Below, in pieces: positions 1 to 15,300 of a stretch of 64,000 bases of DNA (position 1 is the stretch's first letter; each line of letters begins with the position of its first letter). This stretch comes from Owenia fusiformis (lineage: Eukaryota), in the NCBI GenBank assembly GCA_903813345.2, contig CAIIXF020000001.1, forward strand, positions 25,668,001 to 25,732,000. The letters are read 5' to 3'. The notes below the pieces were generated by a model. The model made no database searches, had not been told where the DNA came from, and was given only the letters and a program-made list of their open reading frames with translations. The position numbers and the translations under genes were made by a program.

Positions 1-399
1 CCTGGCCCTCTATATCAGCTACAGTAAGAGTAAAGATGTAACGACCTTCCACCAAGTTGGCCAGTTGTAACACTGCTTGACTATCAGAATTGTTTAGAAC
101 GTCCTGTAGAAATAAAGAAAATAGCAATTTCATTAATCATTCACAAATTCAAATATTTGTATATGTATTTTATATCTATAACAAAAACCTATTCTTTTTG
201 ATGGATAAAGACTTCAGATACTAGTATAGCCCTTTCATTGTTCTTACCCCAGCAGCTAAACTGTTGTCATCCCTGGTCCACTTATAGGAAACAATGCCCT
301 TGTCATCATTGGAAGCCCTACCATCTATAGCTACAAGCTTCTGGCTCATGGACACTCGCTGATCTGAACCCGCAACTGCCACAGGTGGTTTGTTAATAT
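1..399 (-). CDS. KIAA0319L: KIAA0319-like PKD5 exons (248-399 and 1-103)
   Basis: DINKPPVAVAGSDQRVSMSQKLVAIDGRASNDDKGIVSYKWTRDDNSLAAG | DVLNNSDSQAVLQLANLVEGRYIFTLTVADIEGQ; canonical splice sites. Confidence 0.9.
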
Positions 400-3300
400 C
401 TTAAAGACAAAACAGTAATATTAAGGCAAATGACATTACATGATGGAAGATTAGGACTAGTTCTATTCTCTTTTAAAATGAAATATATCTTAAAGACTGA
501 AGTTCAGTTATATAAGGTTGACAAAATCCGAATGGTATTTCCAGCTTGTATATATTGGACTGAATGGGTTGTGTTGAAAAAAAAAGATTTCCAGTTGTGA
601 TTTTTAATACTTAGCACATTTACGTCAAAAAAGCACAATCTGCCACAATAGGAAAAAAATTTAACATCTATCAAAAAATAAACTCATATCTAGTAAATCC
701 ATGAAACACTACAGGTTCTAAGAAATATCAAAATAATCAAAACAGAAAAATCTTAATACCAAAAAAACCATCAAAATGTCCAACATGTTTAAGATGCATA
801 TATAGTACCTGGTTTGACTGTGATTTTGACAGTATCAGTGTCCTGGAGGTCCTCCTCATCAAAGACTGTCAGGGTGAATTCATAGATCCCCTCAACCAGG
901 TCAGACACGCTGGCTGTCTCCCTATCTGCATTCTCTAATGTGGCACCCTTGGGACCACTATAACAGATACACATATAAATCACACTTTAGCAGGCTAACC
1001 ATTTTTACATTACACTAAGATGATCAGGATTTCACAAAGTCAAATTTAATTAATTAATTCATTAATTTTCAATTCGACTGTTCAATATTCAGACATTATC
1101 CCATAGAAACATTTTTGTGAACAAACTTTCACCCCAAATCGCATTCTCTAAGGTTATAATTCATGTTCTTAAGTTCTAAGATGTTATTGTTATATGCGAC
1201 CAAAACGGCATGTACTAATTATGAAAGCATTACACATTGGCAGTCTTTACTGCCCTTTTTTGTTCAATCCCCTTAAAATTGATGAGTAGTTCATCAATAA
1301 TATTATCATAAAATGATATGGTTATACAACACCATCTCACTTTACAGAATTAAAACACATTTACAACATATTATACTACGCTTACAACAATCATATACAA
1401 TAGACAACAAATAAGACTAGAACATTTTTCATCACAATGTCCTATTCCACATGCTAACAAAAAAGAACATGTGAGATGATTTCTCATTGTTTTTTCAACA
1501 ACATGTACTAGCTCTAAATTTTCGATTGGAGTGTAACACTTTCTATCCATTTTCTTAAATAGGAGGATTGTATTTTCAAACTATAGTGAATTTAGTTTGC
1601 AATAAACTAAAAATGAAAATTGAGACTAAATGATTATATTATGTACAACGTTCCACTGTAGTCTTAAATGAAGGCCTTGTGAGTTGATAGAGCCACGTGC
1701 ACGTCTATCTGCTAAACCAAATTAATACACCTTATGACATATAACATTGTTATAACATTAAAGAATACAAGAAACATATAAGTTAGTGATTTATCCAATG
1801 TAAAAATAATTGTAAAAGAGCCATGTGCGTATCTGCTATTAATACACTAATACTAACATACATGTATTTGTTATAACATTAAAATATATACAGAATAAAA
1901 TAAATAAATCAGTTATAAAGTTATTGATTTATTAAAATGTAAAAATAATTGAAAGAGCAGCAGCTAGTTAACATTTTCACCATCAGGTGGTTTAACCATT
2001 TAATCTATTTAGAGGTAAACATGGCCATAGAAGTACTTATGCTACTCATGAAAATTATAACTTGTAAATACCGGTAATTATAATTAAAGGTAAGGGGTAT
2101 TATGAAATTGTTTAAAATAAAAAAAACTTAAAACTACTCCACCAGAATACAATATACTTCATATGACAAAAGTTAAATCTAAAGTTCATAAATCTATGAC
2201 ATCATTCAATTAGTTTCCAGAATTCACATCTTGTTATTGTTTTAATTTGCTGATAGATAAGGATTAAATTATTTGACTGCTTTAAAAGTAAAGGTTTGAA
2301 TTACATGTGGGGAAGGAAAGCATGTATGTGTGTGAAAAGACAGTCAATTGTTTTGGGAAAACATGTATGAGAGCTACATAAATAGGTGCAAGTAAAAAGG
2401 GAAGCATTAGAATAACATAAAATAATTATGCTTATAACACAAAACATTGATATCCTTCCCAGGTGCATTATCCACCACCGTAACATGTACAAGTACATGT
2501 TAATCTACCTTTTCTGCTTCCAAATATATCTAGAAATACTGGACTGATCAGAGCTATTCGAGCCATCCAAAACTGCAGATGTTAATGGTAATAAAATCGT
2601 CTGGTCTTGACCAGCGTCGGCAAAGGGCTTTACATTTTTCTCTAGAACATTACAACAGTGTTATATAAAAACTAAACAATAAAGACATGCAGAATTGTAT
2701 GTGGTATATGCTTTATTTACATTCCATGTGAGGTAGCAGGGTTTGCGTCAAAATCGATAATTTTAGAACATAATTCATCCCACATAAAATGTAAGGAACA
2801 TTAATAGGTCACATTTAGATTTACTCTGGTTTAAATTGGTGGAAAGAAAATGTGGAATACTTGGTTATCACAAATCAAAGTATTTCAAATTTTTTAACAG
2901 AATATGAGAATGATCCAGAGGTTCCTAACAGGACATATTAATGAGCACATACACACATACAGCGCATGACAATCAATAATAGGATTGTGTCAAACACTAG
3001 TTCAAAGGAGGCAATAACTCCTGCATGTTCTGTACAAAGATCAACTCCATGAAGCCATAACACTAATTTTCGAATAAATCAACATATGAAAAGGTTCTTG
3101 TTCAAATTTAGGGTTGATACAAATAACAATATTCAAAAGGATGACTTCATGGGTGTGTACAAGTATAAGTTCATGGAGAGAACTATGGCCCCGGAACAAG
3201 TAAACTTGAGTGACACAATTCCAAACACATTCAACACATACAAACCTCTTTATTTTCCACAGATATTTTGTAATCTTCTGATCATCGTGGCTATTGGATC

Positions 3301-6300
3301 CATCAAGTGTAGCTACATGAAGTGGGAACTTCACAACATAGTTTTTCCCCGCATCAGCTATTGGGGCTTTGTTGTGTTCTAAGTTGGGAAATACATGGTC
3401 TCATAGTGTCACAGTATCATTGAAATACAAGGCCTCATAGTGCCTTACAGTTAACATTTAAATATATGGTCTCATCATATCTAACAGTTAATATTGAAGA
3501 ACATGGTCTCATAGTTTTTAACAGTTAATATACATGATCTCATGGTGTCAAACAGTTAACATTAAAATAAATTGTCTGATAATGTTAAAAATTATCATTC
3601 AAAACAATATGAAATTATTTTCCTGAATCAAAGTAAATCTTAATTTCTAGATAGTGTATACAAGGATTTCAAATTGCAAGATGCAACTTTATCAAACTGT
3701 AAATGATAATGAACTTTAAATTTCTTTTAATTATTAATGTGGCCTCACCTGGTTTAACAAACACAGTGACATCAGCAGTTGAAGTTTGTCCTGCTGTGTC
3801 GGTCACCTTGAGAGTGAAGGTGTAGTCCCCAACCTGCAGGTTGGACAGGTGAAGGAATGGTGTTCTCACTCCCTGCAAGTAAAATTAGGTATAGTGGATA
3901 AATAAGGGTTATGTACTGGGAGGTTTTGGATATGGGGTATATCCAGAGGGAGATATGCATATCTACCTGAGGAACTATTTTTTAATTTTTTTTAATTTCG
4001 GATATGGGAAGATATGCCCGGGAGTCAGAGATATGGCAAGAGATATGGAGGTTCTGGAATGGAAACCTAAAAATCAGGATACAGGATATACCTAACCAAC
4101 TTATTTCACTAAAACTCTTTATCTGCAAATCATTGCTAAAATAAACTGGAACATTTTTATTTGATAGTTAAGACAATCTGATTGACAATAGGAAAAATTT
4201 TCAATATTGTCATTACTACTTACAGTTATATCAGCAGTTAAATCATCATCACTTTTGGTGATCCACTCATAGGTTGCAATGCCTTTATCATCTGTAGATG
4301 CATTACCATAGAGAGTGACCTTGTTATGGGGAAGGCTGATGATTACATTGGATCCAGCATTAGCTTTGGGGGGATAGTCAGTCTCTGGAAGTGCAAGGAA
4401 CAAAGGAGATAGAAACACATTTTCTCAATGACTGAAGTAGTCCAACTTCAAACAATATCTTACACACATATATATTTAAATCCATTATCATTTTTTTATT
4501 AGCTTTGTGGCTATCAACAAAATAATCATTCAATAATTGAACTATATTTCAACATCAATCTTACCCTTAATTACAGTTAGTTCAGCGACTGTTGAGTTGG
4601 AGGCGCCATCTGTGTCAGTGACTGTAAGTTTGAATTTATAATTGCCAGGCTTCAGGTCTTTCATGACTAGCATAGGTTTATTGGAACTGATCTTGTCCTC
4701 CCTTATAGGCCCTTCTACCTCCTCCCACAGATAGGTGGTGACACCATCATCATCAGTTGACTCTATAATATAAAGGTATGTTAAGAGCAAAATTATGCAA
4801 AAAATAAAAGCTGAATGATTTCTATTACTAATTCTGTCATGATATGTGATGTCACTTTCATTAGAACAATTTAATTACTGGTCTATATTCTATTCCAGTG
4901 TAAATGACCACTAAAATTCATAAATGCAAATGGTTGTTTTTCTTGTTGGTTTATCATATTAGAATCGTAACAATTTCGGTCTTTTAACAATGAACAGAAT
5001 ACCATTTTCAGTCATATAATGCACCATAAATCACATTTCTCATTCTTTATTCCTTATTAAAACTAATAAAAAAATAAAATGTAAACAAGTTTCCTACCTG
5101 AGCCATCAATGACTGCATCATTGGGAAGCTTTACTTCTTGGAAGGCAGGCTTAGCTACAGCAGCTGGAGGCTTGTTGATCCTGGCAGCTGTAAGCAGAGT
5201 TTTGAAATCAATGGACATATTGGATCAAGGACTTAATACTAGATTAATGCTTGGGACTATATGGAATACACCTGTATAGTTAGACTATAGGGTCTACACA
5301 ATAATACTATTTCAAAAATGATACTGGATGTAATCAGACAGCCTATAAATGTATAATCCTATATAGCTTTAATGAGAAAACACTGAAGGTTGTATTTATA
5401 CATCCGCTGGTTGTAAGGAGACCGAAGAAATACAACAGGTAAAAAGATCTAATTGTTGTCTCATTGTAAAAACATATTGAAATTACAAAAAATGTTTCTT
5501 ACGTGGTTTCACTGTTACATTTACTGTAGCATCCCCAAACTTGTCTTGTGCAGAGACACTAACTTTCAACTGGTACAGGCCAGCTATCAACTGAAGTAAA
5601 AACATAAAATGACAATAGTGTCATGTCAAAAAATACAGTTCATTTTTTAAATCAAAGTAGAAAATGGAGAAGTAGAAACTTTATGTGAAACTATTTTGTC
5701 TTGTATTCACTCTATAATGTACATAATATTTAAATCCCTTGATCATATTTACATTCTTTAGCTGAAGGGTTGCAGAGTTCTGTCCCACCATATTCCCTAT
5801 TTCACTACTATCTGGGTGACTTATGATGGACCACTCATACTTGTACTTCTCTGAAATTAGAATCAAAGAAATTATAGACATCGTATTTATGTATCAGAAT
5901 GGTCAATCCAACTCATTCGTGCAGTCAGGCGAATTTTGTCGCCAATACGCTACATGACGTACGTCAACTACAGGTTGACAAACTATAGGAAAGTTTTAGC
6001 AGACTTAAAAAGATGTCACCCTAGTATGGCAGTGGCAATGTTCGGTACTCACATTGTCAGGAAGTGATTTTAAATCAATACTTATTGATTTATTTTGTAA
6101 CAAATATGAATCCGGAAGTGATCAGACATTGTGGTATTTAACACCAAGGTAATTATTAATATTTAGTATGGTGTTTAGGATTTTTACCAGCAGTGCCTCT
6201 GATTGTGATAAGTTCATACTTATAAGTAAAAATTTGGTGGCGTTATCTCTATTGGTTTAGATTTTATGACTTTCAAATTGCCAGGCATGAAAAATTCAAA

Positions 6301-9300
6301 TTCTCGATAAATAAATTACCGTTCGGTAGCTTTTAAAAATAATTTAATACCACGTCAATGAGTTAAACACCAGTAAAAGGTCCTAGCACTCTACTCATTC
6401 CCATAAAACTAATTGAACTCCTCTAATCTTTTGTACTGTTGACCTCCATAAATGTTAACATTGCAGAATGTATAGAACAGTAAATAAATAATATCCAAAA
6501 TTCGCATGTCCCAACCTTTTCCCCACTACATATATTTAAATGAAGTCTCAGATTTCTAGGATTAGACTTTTAATTACAGGTCTGTTTACTTTAATCCTTT
6601 CTGGTTCCACACTTTTTCAATCTTACATTCTAACATTCCACGACAAAGCATGATATCTGGACAGTTGTAGAATGGGGTGTACCTGTATCAGCCTCAGTAT
6701 CAGACTTAGATATGACATAAGCTGAGAGTGTGATGTCGTTGGTGGGCAACTGGATCTCTTTATCTTCCCCTGCAGACACGACTAATGCCTCAACTGAAAT
6801 TATTTTAAATACACCTGAACACACTTATACAATATAATGAAAGTATTTTTAGATTGTTTTTCTTTTGTTACAAATGACATTGTTAATAATGTACATGTGC
6901 AATGACTCTTTCTTAGTTTATGGCTTTTGAATCTCTAAAAATTACTAATTTAGTAATTTTAATATTTTTCATTTTGTAAATACCAAATACACAATATACT
7001 GTACTGCAGTTGATAATTCATGACTGGGCCTTTTGTCGATACACAATATATGTACAATACACACCATTTACACTAGGCCACAATATAACACAATACATGT
7101 AATGTATACTGTTCTATAAATCATGACAACACTTATGTAAATGTGAAAGCAAAAAATAAAATAAATATAAAAAGCAGGACACACATGACAGTGCAACAAG
7201 ATCATGCTCTATAGTGCTTTTGAAATTGATGACTAATCACATGTAAATGAATTACATAAGTTCAATCTGATCTTGGTTACACAAAAAATTGAATAAGTTT
7301 GAGACTTGTTTTGAGATCCATATTATACTTAGTACATATAATTTGAGAAATACAGTCAGAACGTTGAATTATACCTTCAGGTGTTGCAGTTGCTGAGGTA
7401 GGCTGCTTTGGATCAGTTGTAGATGTAGATGTTGTAGAATGCTTGGGTACAGCTGTAGGTGATGTAGTAATTATAACACTAGATGAGCTTGGCAAGCTTG
7501 TAGAGGTACTGGTCACAATCATAGAAGCACTATGCACGGTGGTAGAAGTACTAGACTCATTTGTGAGACTACCTTCGGTAGATGCAGTCATATTTTCAAG
7601 TGCAATCTTCTCCGTTAATACTTCCGTAACTTGATCAGTTACACCTATAATAATGTTACTGTTTGTAACTATCTGTGTATAACTGAGTCCAATCTAGGAC
7701 AAATTTCAGAATAACATGAGTCTAACCGAGGATGTATCTCTGTAACATGAGTCTAACATTGGGATATATTTCTTTATCCTATGCCAAGTAGAGTTTTAGG
7801 GAGATAAGTTGGTAAGATATATCCCGTATCCTGATTTTGAGGTTTCCATATCCAGAACCTCAATATCTCCTGCCATATCTCCCGCTTCGGTGCATATCTT
7901 CCCGCTTCGGTGCATATCTTCCCGCTTCCGGTAAGTAGTGGAAATGCAATAAAATGACTTTGCATATGAATGATTTGTTTATTTTTACACCTTGTACTAT
8001 TGAAATGGCCATATGCCCCTGAAAACTCTACTTGGTATAGGATAAAGCAGTTATGTACGGTCGGTTTTCATATTGGGTTCATCCCTCGTGAGACCAAAAC
8101 CTCCCAGTACATAACCCTTATGTATTAACATAAGTCTAACCTAGGATGTGTCTCTGTAACATGAGTTTAACTTAAGACATATTTCTGTAACACGTGTCTA
8201 ACCTAGGATGTATTAATGTCAAATGGGTCTAACCTAGGATGTATTTATGTAACATGAGTTTAACCTAGGGTATATTTCTGAAACATGATACTAACCTAGG
8301 ACGTATTTCCGTAACATGAGCCTAACCTAGGATGTATTTCTGTAACACAAGTCTAACCTAGGATGTATTTCTGTAACATGAGTTTAACCTAGGGTGTTTT
8401 GGGTATAATATGAGTCTGTTAACCTAGGATGTATTTCTGTAACATGAGTCAAGCACAGAATGTATTTCTGTAACATGAGTCGAGCACAAGATGTATTTCT
8501 GTTACACGAATCTAACCTAGGATGTATTTCTGTAACATGAATCCAACCTAGGATGTTTTTCAGTATAACATGAGTCTAATCTAGGACATATTTCTGTAAC
8601 ATGTGTCTTCCACCTAGAACATATTTCTGTAACATGAGCCTAACCAAGGATGTATTTCAATATAACGCGAGTCTTACCTAGGATGTATTAGTGTAACATG
8701 AGTTTCACTGAAGATGTTTTTGGGTAGAATATGAGTCTGCTAACTTAGGATGTATTTATGTAACATGAATCTAACCTAGGATGTATTTCTATAAGATGAA
8801 TCTAACCAAGGATGTTATTTCTGTACCATGCATGTATTTCCGTTTAACATGAGCCTTACTTTAGATATATTTCCATATAACATGAGTCTAACAGAAACTT
8901 GTATTTCAGTATAACATGATTCTAACGTAAGATGTATTTCTGTTACATGAGATCAACTTAGTATGTATTTCAGTAAATATGAGTTTCACATAGAATGTAT
9001 TTTAGTGTAACGTGAGTCTTACCTAAATTGAACTAAAATGGTCAAAATATATATACCCAAAATTAGTAACACCGAGATAAACAACAACAAAGCGTGGTGT
9101 ATTTTTCAGAATTGCACATAATGACAGTAAAACACGTATTTAAAAAGAAAGAAAGTAACAGAAAACAGCAAGATCAGGATGATTTCTATTTAATATAATA
9201 ATTAACATATTTGATGTTCATCAAATGCAGGTTTTATGAAATTCAAATATTGAAATGTTTGATTGCTTTGATATATCTAAGCAGAAATTTACATAGTTGG

Positions 9301-12300
9301 CACTTTAATTGAACTAACATTATACATGTCACCATTGCATCTGATTCCTCATCTGCATCAATAATTTGCATGAGGCTAATAAGCCCAAATGATAGCAAAG
9401 ATAAAGTTCAAGCAATTTAAGCTAGAAAAGAGAGGATAGATGATATACAGGGTGGGCCAAAAAACGCCACTTTTTTTTCAAGACACTACAACCTTTTTAT
9501 TTTCCAACCTACATACCCCAAATTTTGCAGTTATATAGTGCCAAAGGTTCTTAGTAATAATATAATGTAACAAGTCCTTCAACTTGGATTATATTTGATC
9601 TAAAAGGGGAGTTCAATTGGTCGGCCACCCTAATTAATGATAAATTTTGGTTTTAGTCGCCTTGCTGGTATTGCAGTATCAATGAAATGTAAGCTAAGTT
9701 TTTTTCACCCTGTCTTAATTGCCAGCTTTAGTTGAGCAATTTTCTAGATTGGGTGCCTTCATACAATCTCCTGGAGACCTTCCCATACCCTATACTCACT
9801 AGGGTTTGCATCAGAGCTATTAGCTTGGCGATCATCAGGCCGTATCAGTTCAGGAACATTTTGCAAATTATGCTTATTTCTCATGGCACACCACATGTTT
9901 AAGTGAGACGCTAGTGACATATTTTATTCAAGTTAAAGTGTATAATTCATAATAAATGGCTAGATAACAACCTCAAGTCTCATTTGGTATGCAAATTATG
10001 ATTGAATATCAAAAATTTATAGCATTTTGAAAAAAAAAGTGGCGTTTTTTTTGGGCCCACCCTGTATAATGATGCATGCTCAAGATGATCCATTTTGTAT
10101 GATGAAGCATGCTTACATAGTTGATGCATATGTACGATATGATGGACAATTCATCTAATTATCTAAAAAAGACTTGTAGGAATTGTACAACATGAATCTA
10201 AATATTAATTTTTTAGAATCAGATCTCACAAGGACACCATATATTTTCAACCAGTTATTGTTATGTTAATTATGAGGCATTACTTTTCATAAAATCATGT
10301 TTATATTTCATATATTACAATAACTGAAGCCATACATTGTCCTTGTTGTAGTTCATGCATGCTTGTAAATCACAAAGAACAATGTTGCACAAAATATGCT
10401 TACTTGGTTTCTTGGTTGTTGTTGTTTTTTCTTTGTCTGCTGTTGTTCTTGTTGTTGTTGGTGTTGTTAAAGTTCTGTCTTGGATGTCTGTTTTCTTCTT
10501 GGTAGGCAAATCCTAGTTCATGCAAAAGTAATTAATTATTCAAAAGACCATGTGCAGTACGGCAAGTAATTTTAGACGGTCATATCTTTCACCATGAGTA
10601 CTTTCTAGGCATAAATACAGTGGTTTTAATTAAAACAATATGTTTTCTTTCAAGTGAAGTACCCAAGATGATAAAAATATCAATCGAACAATTTGAAAAA
10701 TTATGAATAGGGACCCCATGTCAAATTTTTTTTCAAAATATGAACCTATTTACTCAAAAGAGGATCTCCCTTTTCTCATTTTTATTCCATGAAAAGAGGG
10801 GTCTAAAACATCTTCAAAAATATAATTGTATTGAAAGTCTAGTTTTGAAGATATCAATTTTCGATGACCAAAATGATGTTGAAAACAATGGATAGCACGA
10901 GTTTTCCCTATGGGAAAATAACATGGGATATGAGGTTTTTAACTTTAACGCATTTCAATACGCATCCCCTTTTCAGAAATTGTTCATATAGTGTAGAAGA
11001 AACTTTTGATATGTTTAAATTGAGAAAAGCAAGATCCTCTTTTGAGAAAATAAGCCTAACATTTTTTAAAAAGTGCCAGGGTGGGGCCCTAATCCATAAT
11101 TTTTCAGAGAGTTGGATTAATATTTTACTATCATGGGGACTTCACTTGAAAGAAAACATATTGTTTTAATATTGTTTTTATGGCCAGAAAGTACTCATGG
11201 TGAAAGATATGACTGTCTAAAATCACTTGCCATACTGCACATGGTAATTTGCATAGATCCTGGGTCAATATAGAAAGTTAGTATTGCAGTTTGGATATAT
11301 ATCTTCTCGTTAACACAAACAACACTCTCCACCCATTGTAGAACTTGAGGAGAATAAACAGTTGAGACAATATTAATGATTTTAATCAGTACAATCTATA
11401 ACTAGGTGATACAGCATTATTGGCGTCTTTGCTATAGAGCAGCTTTCAGCCAGTTTGATAAAATGAAACAATCTGGTTTCTATCAGGACCACTTCTTAAT
11501 ATAAAATAGATCTTTTAAGATTTTACATTTGAAATGCATATTAGTTTGTGTGTCAATCTCCTTAAATCTGGGATTCTAGCCTCAACTTACCATTGAAGCT
11601 TCTTGAATAGATCCCTCCATCTGCTCTCTGGTTTCTGACTCTGCAATGAGAGAGTAAAACTTGGTCAAGAAAAAAAATCAATTCTATATCCCGCTGTTAT
11701 GTACCTGAAACCTCACTTGTCATAGGATAAAAATACACATCCTGGCACAAATGTAATACTGTACACAAGCACTACAGAACAAGAACAAAAAGCAGTTCAA
11801 TTCGAAGTACATGTTCTATCAGTACAAGAATTCTGTTGAATCATTACCGAGAGAATTAATTCTCAGATTATACAGCTTGCAGTGCAATTTTTGCTCATAC
11901 TTGAAAAAATGGAGTGTGAGAAGCATCAATTAAGACAAATGAGTAAAGTATGATGAATTACTGATCCAGCATCAAGAAAAAGGTGATTGGGGAAATTCTG
12001 TCTATACAGGGAAAGCTATTTTGATATCTTATTTGAGGAAGGAAGGTCATTAATATACTTGATTGAGTCCACGCATTAAAGAACTTTTTTCACTGTCCTT
12101 TAAAACTTGGATTAATACTTTGCTTATCTTCCTGGCCAAAAAGATATCATCATTTTTCGCATCTCCCACAAAACTGTAAAAAAAAGTTTTAAAAATGTAA
12201 TTGCCAAATAAAAAAAAAAGTTGGCCTACCCAGTGTACAATATTACTAATACGAGAGAACATCAAGATAACTAAACTGGAAGGTACCTTTTCCACAAAAA

Positions 12301-15300
12301 CCTGTATCTTTATCACGATGATAGTCCTCAATACATTCACAGAAGCCAGTTCTTTTCCTGAGACTGGTAGGCATGCATTCCTCATATTGTAAACAGTCCT
12401 CTATGATCCCTATCTCACATGTCATATCACTGGGGCGCTTCTGAGGTAATTCTGAAAATATAAAACATTGAACCTAATAGATAGCTTAACACTTTATAGA
12501 TAACACATAGATTATCCAACAAAGGCACCCAATATTTTTACCATGTCACTGAAAAGATACAAAATGGCAAGGGTCAAGTTGGCAAAGCATCAATTCAATC
12601 TGTAGAGTCAATTTGTCACCTTGATAACCAAATAATGTATGATCTTGGATGTGGTGACTATTCCTTTCAGCTGTTGTTACCTAAAATTAACACTCGATGC
12701 TATGCATCTCGTGCAGATTTTGGAAAGTAACAGTAACACCTTCAAGGAATGGTCATTCCACATTGCAGGGCATCCTTAAATAATATTTGTGTTACTCAAA
12801 AAGTAAAAAAATCTCCCAATGCTTCACAGAGGTAAAAGCACATTGCCCACAACCTAATTCGCTGATGGCTGGGATTTACGGTGAGGACTGTTCAAGACCC
12901 AAAGGGTCATGTAGGGAGACCAATACATCCTATTGTGGCCACATCTGTTCAAAATTTCAAAACCAAACAAAAAAACACAAAATAAAAAAATAACTCAGTG
13001 ATTTGAATTTTTATGTGTAACATTTGAATGAATATCCATTATCAATATTTGATTTTCACATTATTACAATGATATTTTCTGCATTTAAAGAGAATTGTTG
13101 AATAAAATATCATTTATTTGGCACATATGGTGTTTAATTATGGTTTCTCAATAGACAAGGCATTAACATGCAAAATGTTACCACCTGCCATTTGTTATAG
13201 ACACCGAAAGTTGCACACCAACTGACGAACACAAACTGCAGAATGTTGAACACTGTCCACAAAAAGGTTGGAGATTAACAATATGTCAATGTATCACTTT
13301 TGGTGGTGACATAAAAAACCCAGTGATGATTAATTCACACATGGCTAGGCAAGGTGTGTCCGATTCCAGCCAATCCAAACAGAGTATTTCTGAGTGACAA
13401 CAGTGCATGAAATAATCAATAACGCATTTGTTGTGCATTGTTACCAAAGTGAGGAAATGTTTGATGTTTTGCCAATACTTTCAAAAAGTTTCATTGAAAA
13501 TATGTTCCTTTAGTGATTTTGTATATTTTAGGTGATTTTATAGAAAATATTTTGCAATGTGCGAAAAGAATTTAAGCCCAAGACTCAATGCATTGTAGCT
13601 GCTTCATTCCACTCAGGCATTGTTTCCTAAACTTTGCATTCCCGCAACGCAGTCATGCAAAGACTTGGAAACAATACCTTCATGGTATAATTCAGCAAAC
13701 AATGCACCAAGTCCAAGGCTTAAATCCTTAAATATTTGTTTAAGTGTGACACAATTATTTCTGTTCCTACAAAAAATTATAGAATGATAATTTGTCTGTA
13801 GTCTGTGATGACGTTTCTCTCATTTCAATAATGCATAAGGTAACCTTTAAATATCAAACACAAGATCAAGCAATTAGCCAAGGTACAAATATGCCTTGAT
13901 AAATGATATGAACAAAACTGAAGTTAATCAAGAACTACTCTTTAGTAAATATTAGATATTGATCTAATTCAGAGAAAGTTTGAATTTTATATGTAACACC
14001 TGTAACTTATCACATCCTACATCCTTTGCAAGATTGTGCTATCAAATATTTTCATCAATTACAAATCAATTACAAAGATTTACATGTTTTTTTCAAATTA
14101 AGATTTTCAGCAGTTATGTCCCTATCATTGAATATATGCCTGAGGTCAATATAGCCGGAGCTTGCGTACCATTATTTCCACAACTATGTTATTTCAATGA
14201 CGTCACACGTCTGTTTGCAAGTGAAATTTGGAAGAAATGAAACATGACGTCATAAGATTGTCATGGTAAAAGTTTGGCAGCTATACAGGAATAAATAGCC
14301 GACCTTCAGCTCCATTGACTTCCATACAAATGCTTCGATAAGTATGTAATACCACTTGATATAATTGTAGATACAGGGTGGACAAATAAACCATAGATGA
14401 AAAATATTTACACTTCCAGTTAGGTCTGTATTGAGAGCACACCTCAAAGGTTGAAGTCAAAAGAAAACTCCCCAGTGGCATAGGCAAGAGCTGATGGCTC
14501 TTGTGAGGCTATTGTCAATTAACTTGTTTGTTTGTTTGTTTGTTTGTTTGTTTGTTTGTTTGTTTTATTTATTTCCCAAATTCCAAATAATACAAGTACA
14601 ATCACAATAGTGGAAGACACCCCAACCCCAAAGGGCATATGATCCACTTTATATTAAAGAAAAAATATTTACAAGTAGCAAAACTCATACAAGAAATCAG
14701 TGCTCATTAGAATTAAAGATCGACACTAAATATTTCACATTTGGTTGGTCCCATCCTCCATCCTCCTCTACCCACGCTATAAAAGTGAATTTTTTACGCC
14801 AGAGATTTGTCTCGGGAAAAAGTTATTTTGATTAAAAAATCTTGTTAATTAAACTTGTTAATTAAACTTAAACAAAAATTAAATTAATTAAACTTGTGCC
14901 ACAACCTATTCCAATATCCCACCACAACCTATGCATGTTATACATATTGAATTATTCGGTCAAAATCCTGCGAACAAGCTCAGATAAGATCGAAATATAT
15001 CGTAAAAGATTTATTCAGCAATTCTGTTAGACTGTAATAGAGTTAAACTGTCTCTTTGTTCCCAAAGTACTGAATTAATACATTCACAATGAATTCAAAT
15101 GAATGAATAATTTCTACTTACCAATCAGATGCCATTTAATGATGACTTTCTGACATATCACAATGGTACAATTGATAAGATAAATCAGACTAATTTTGAA
15201 AACTACATTGGGAAATTGGTTTCCCTGAAATCAAGTTGGAAATACTCCCTCTCAAGATCGCAACGCTAATGCTATCTTGTGTGTCAGTGTAATAAGTGTG

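Noticed and set aside
3086-3382. Plus-strand 98-aa ORF
   Set aside because: Antisense shadow of the PKD4a exon plus intron; no independent coding signal.
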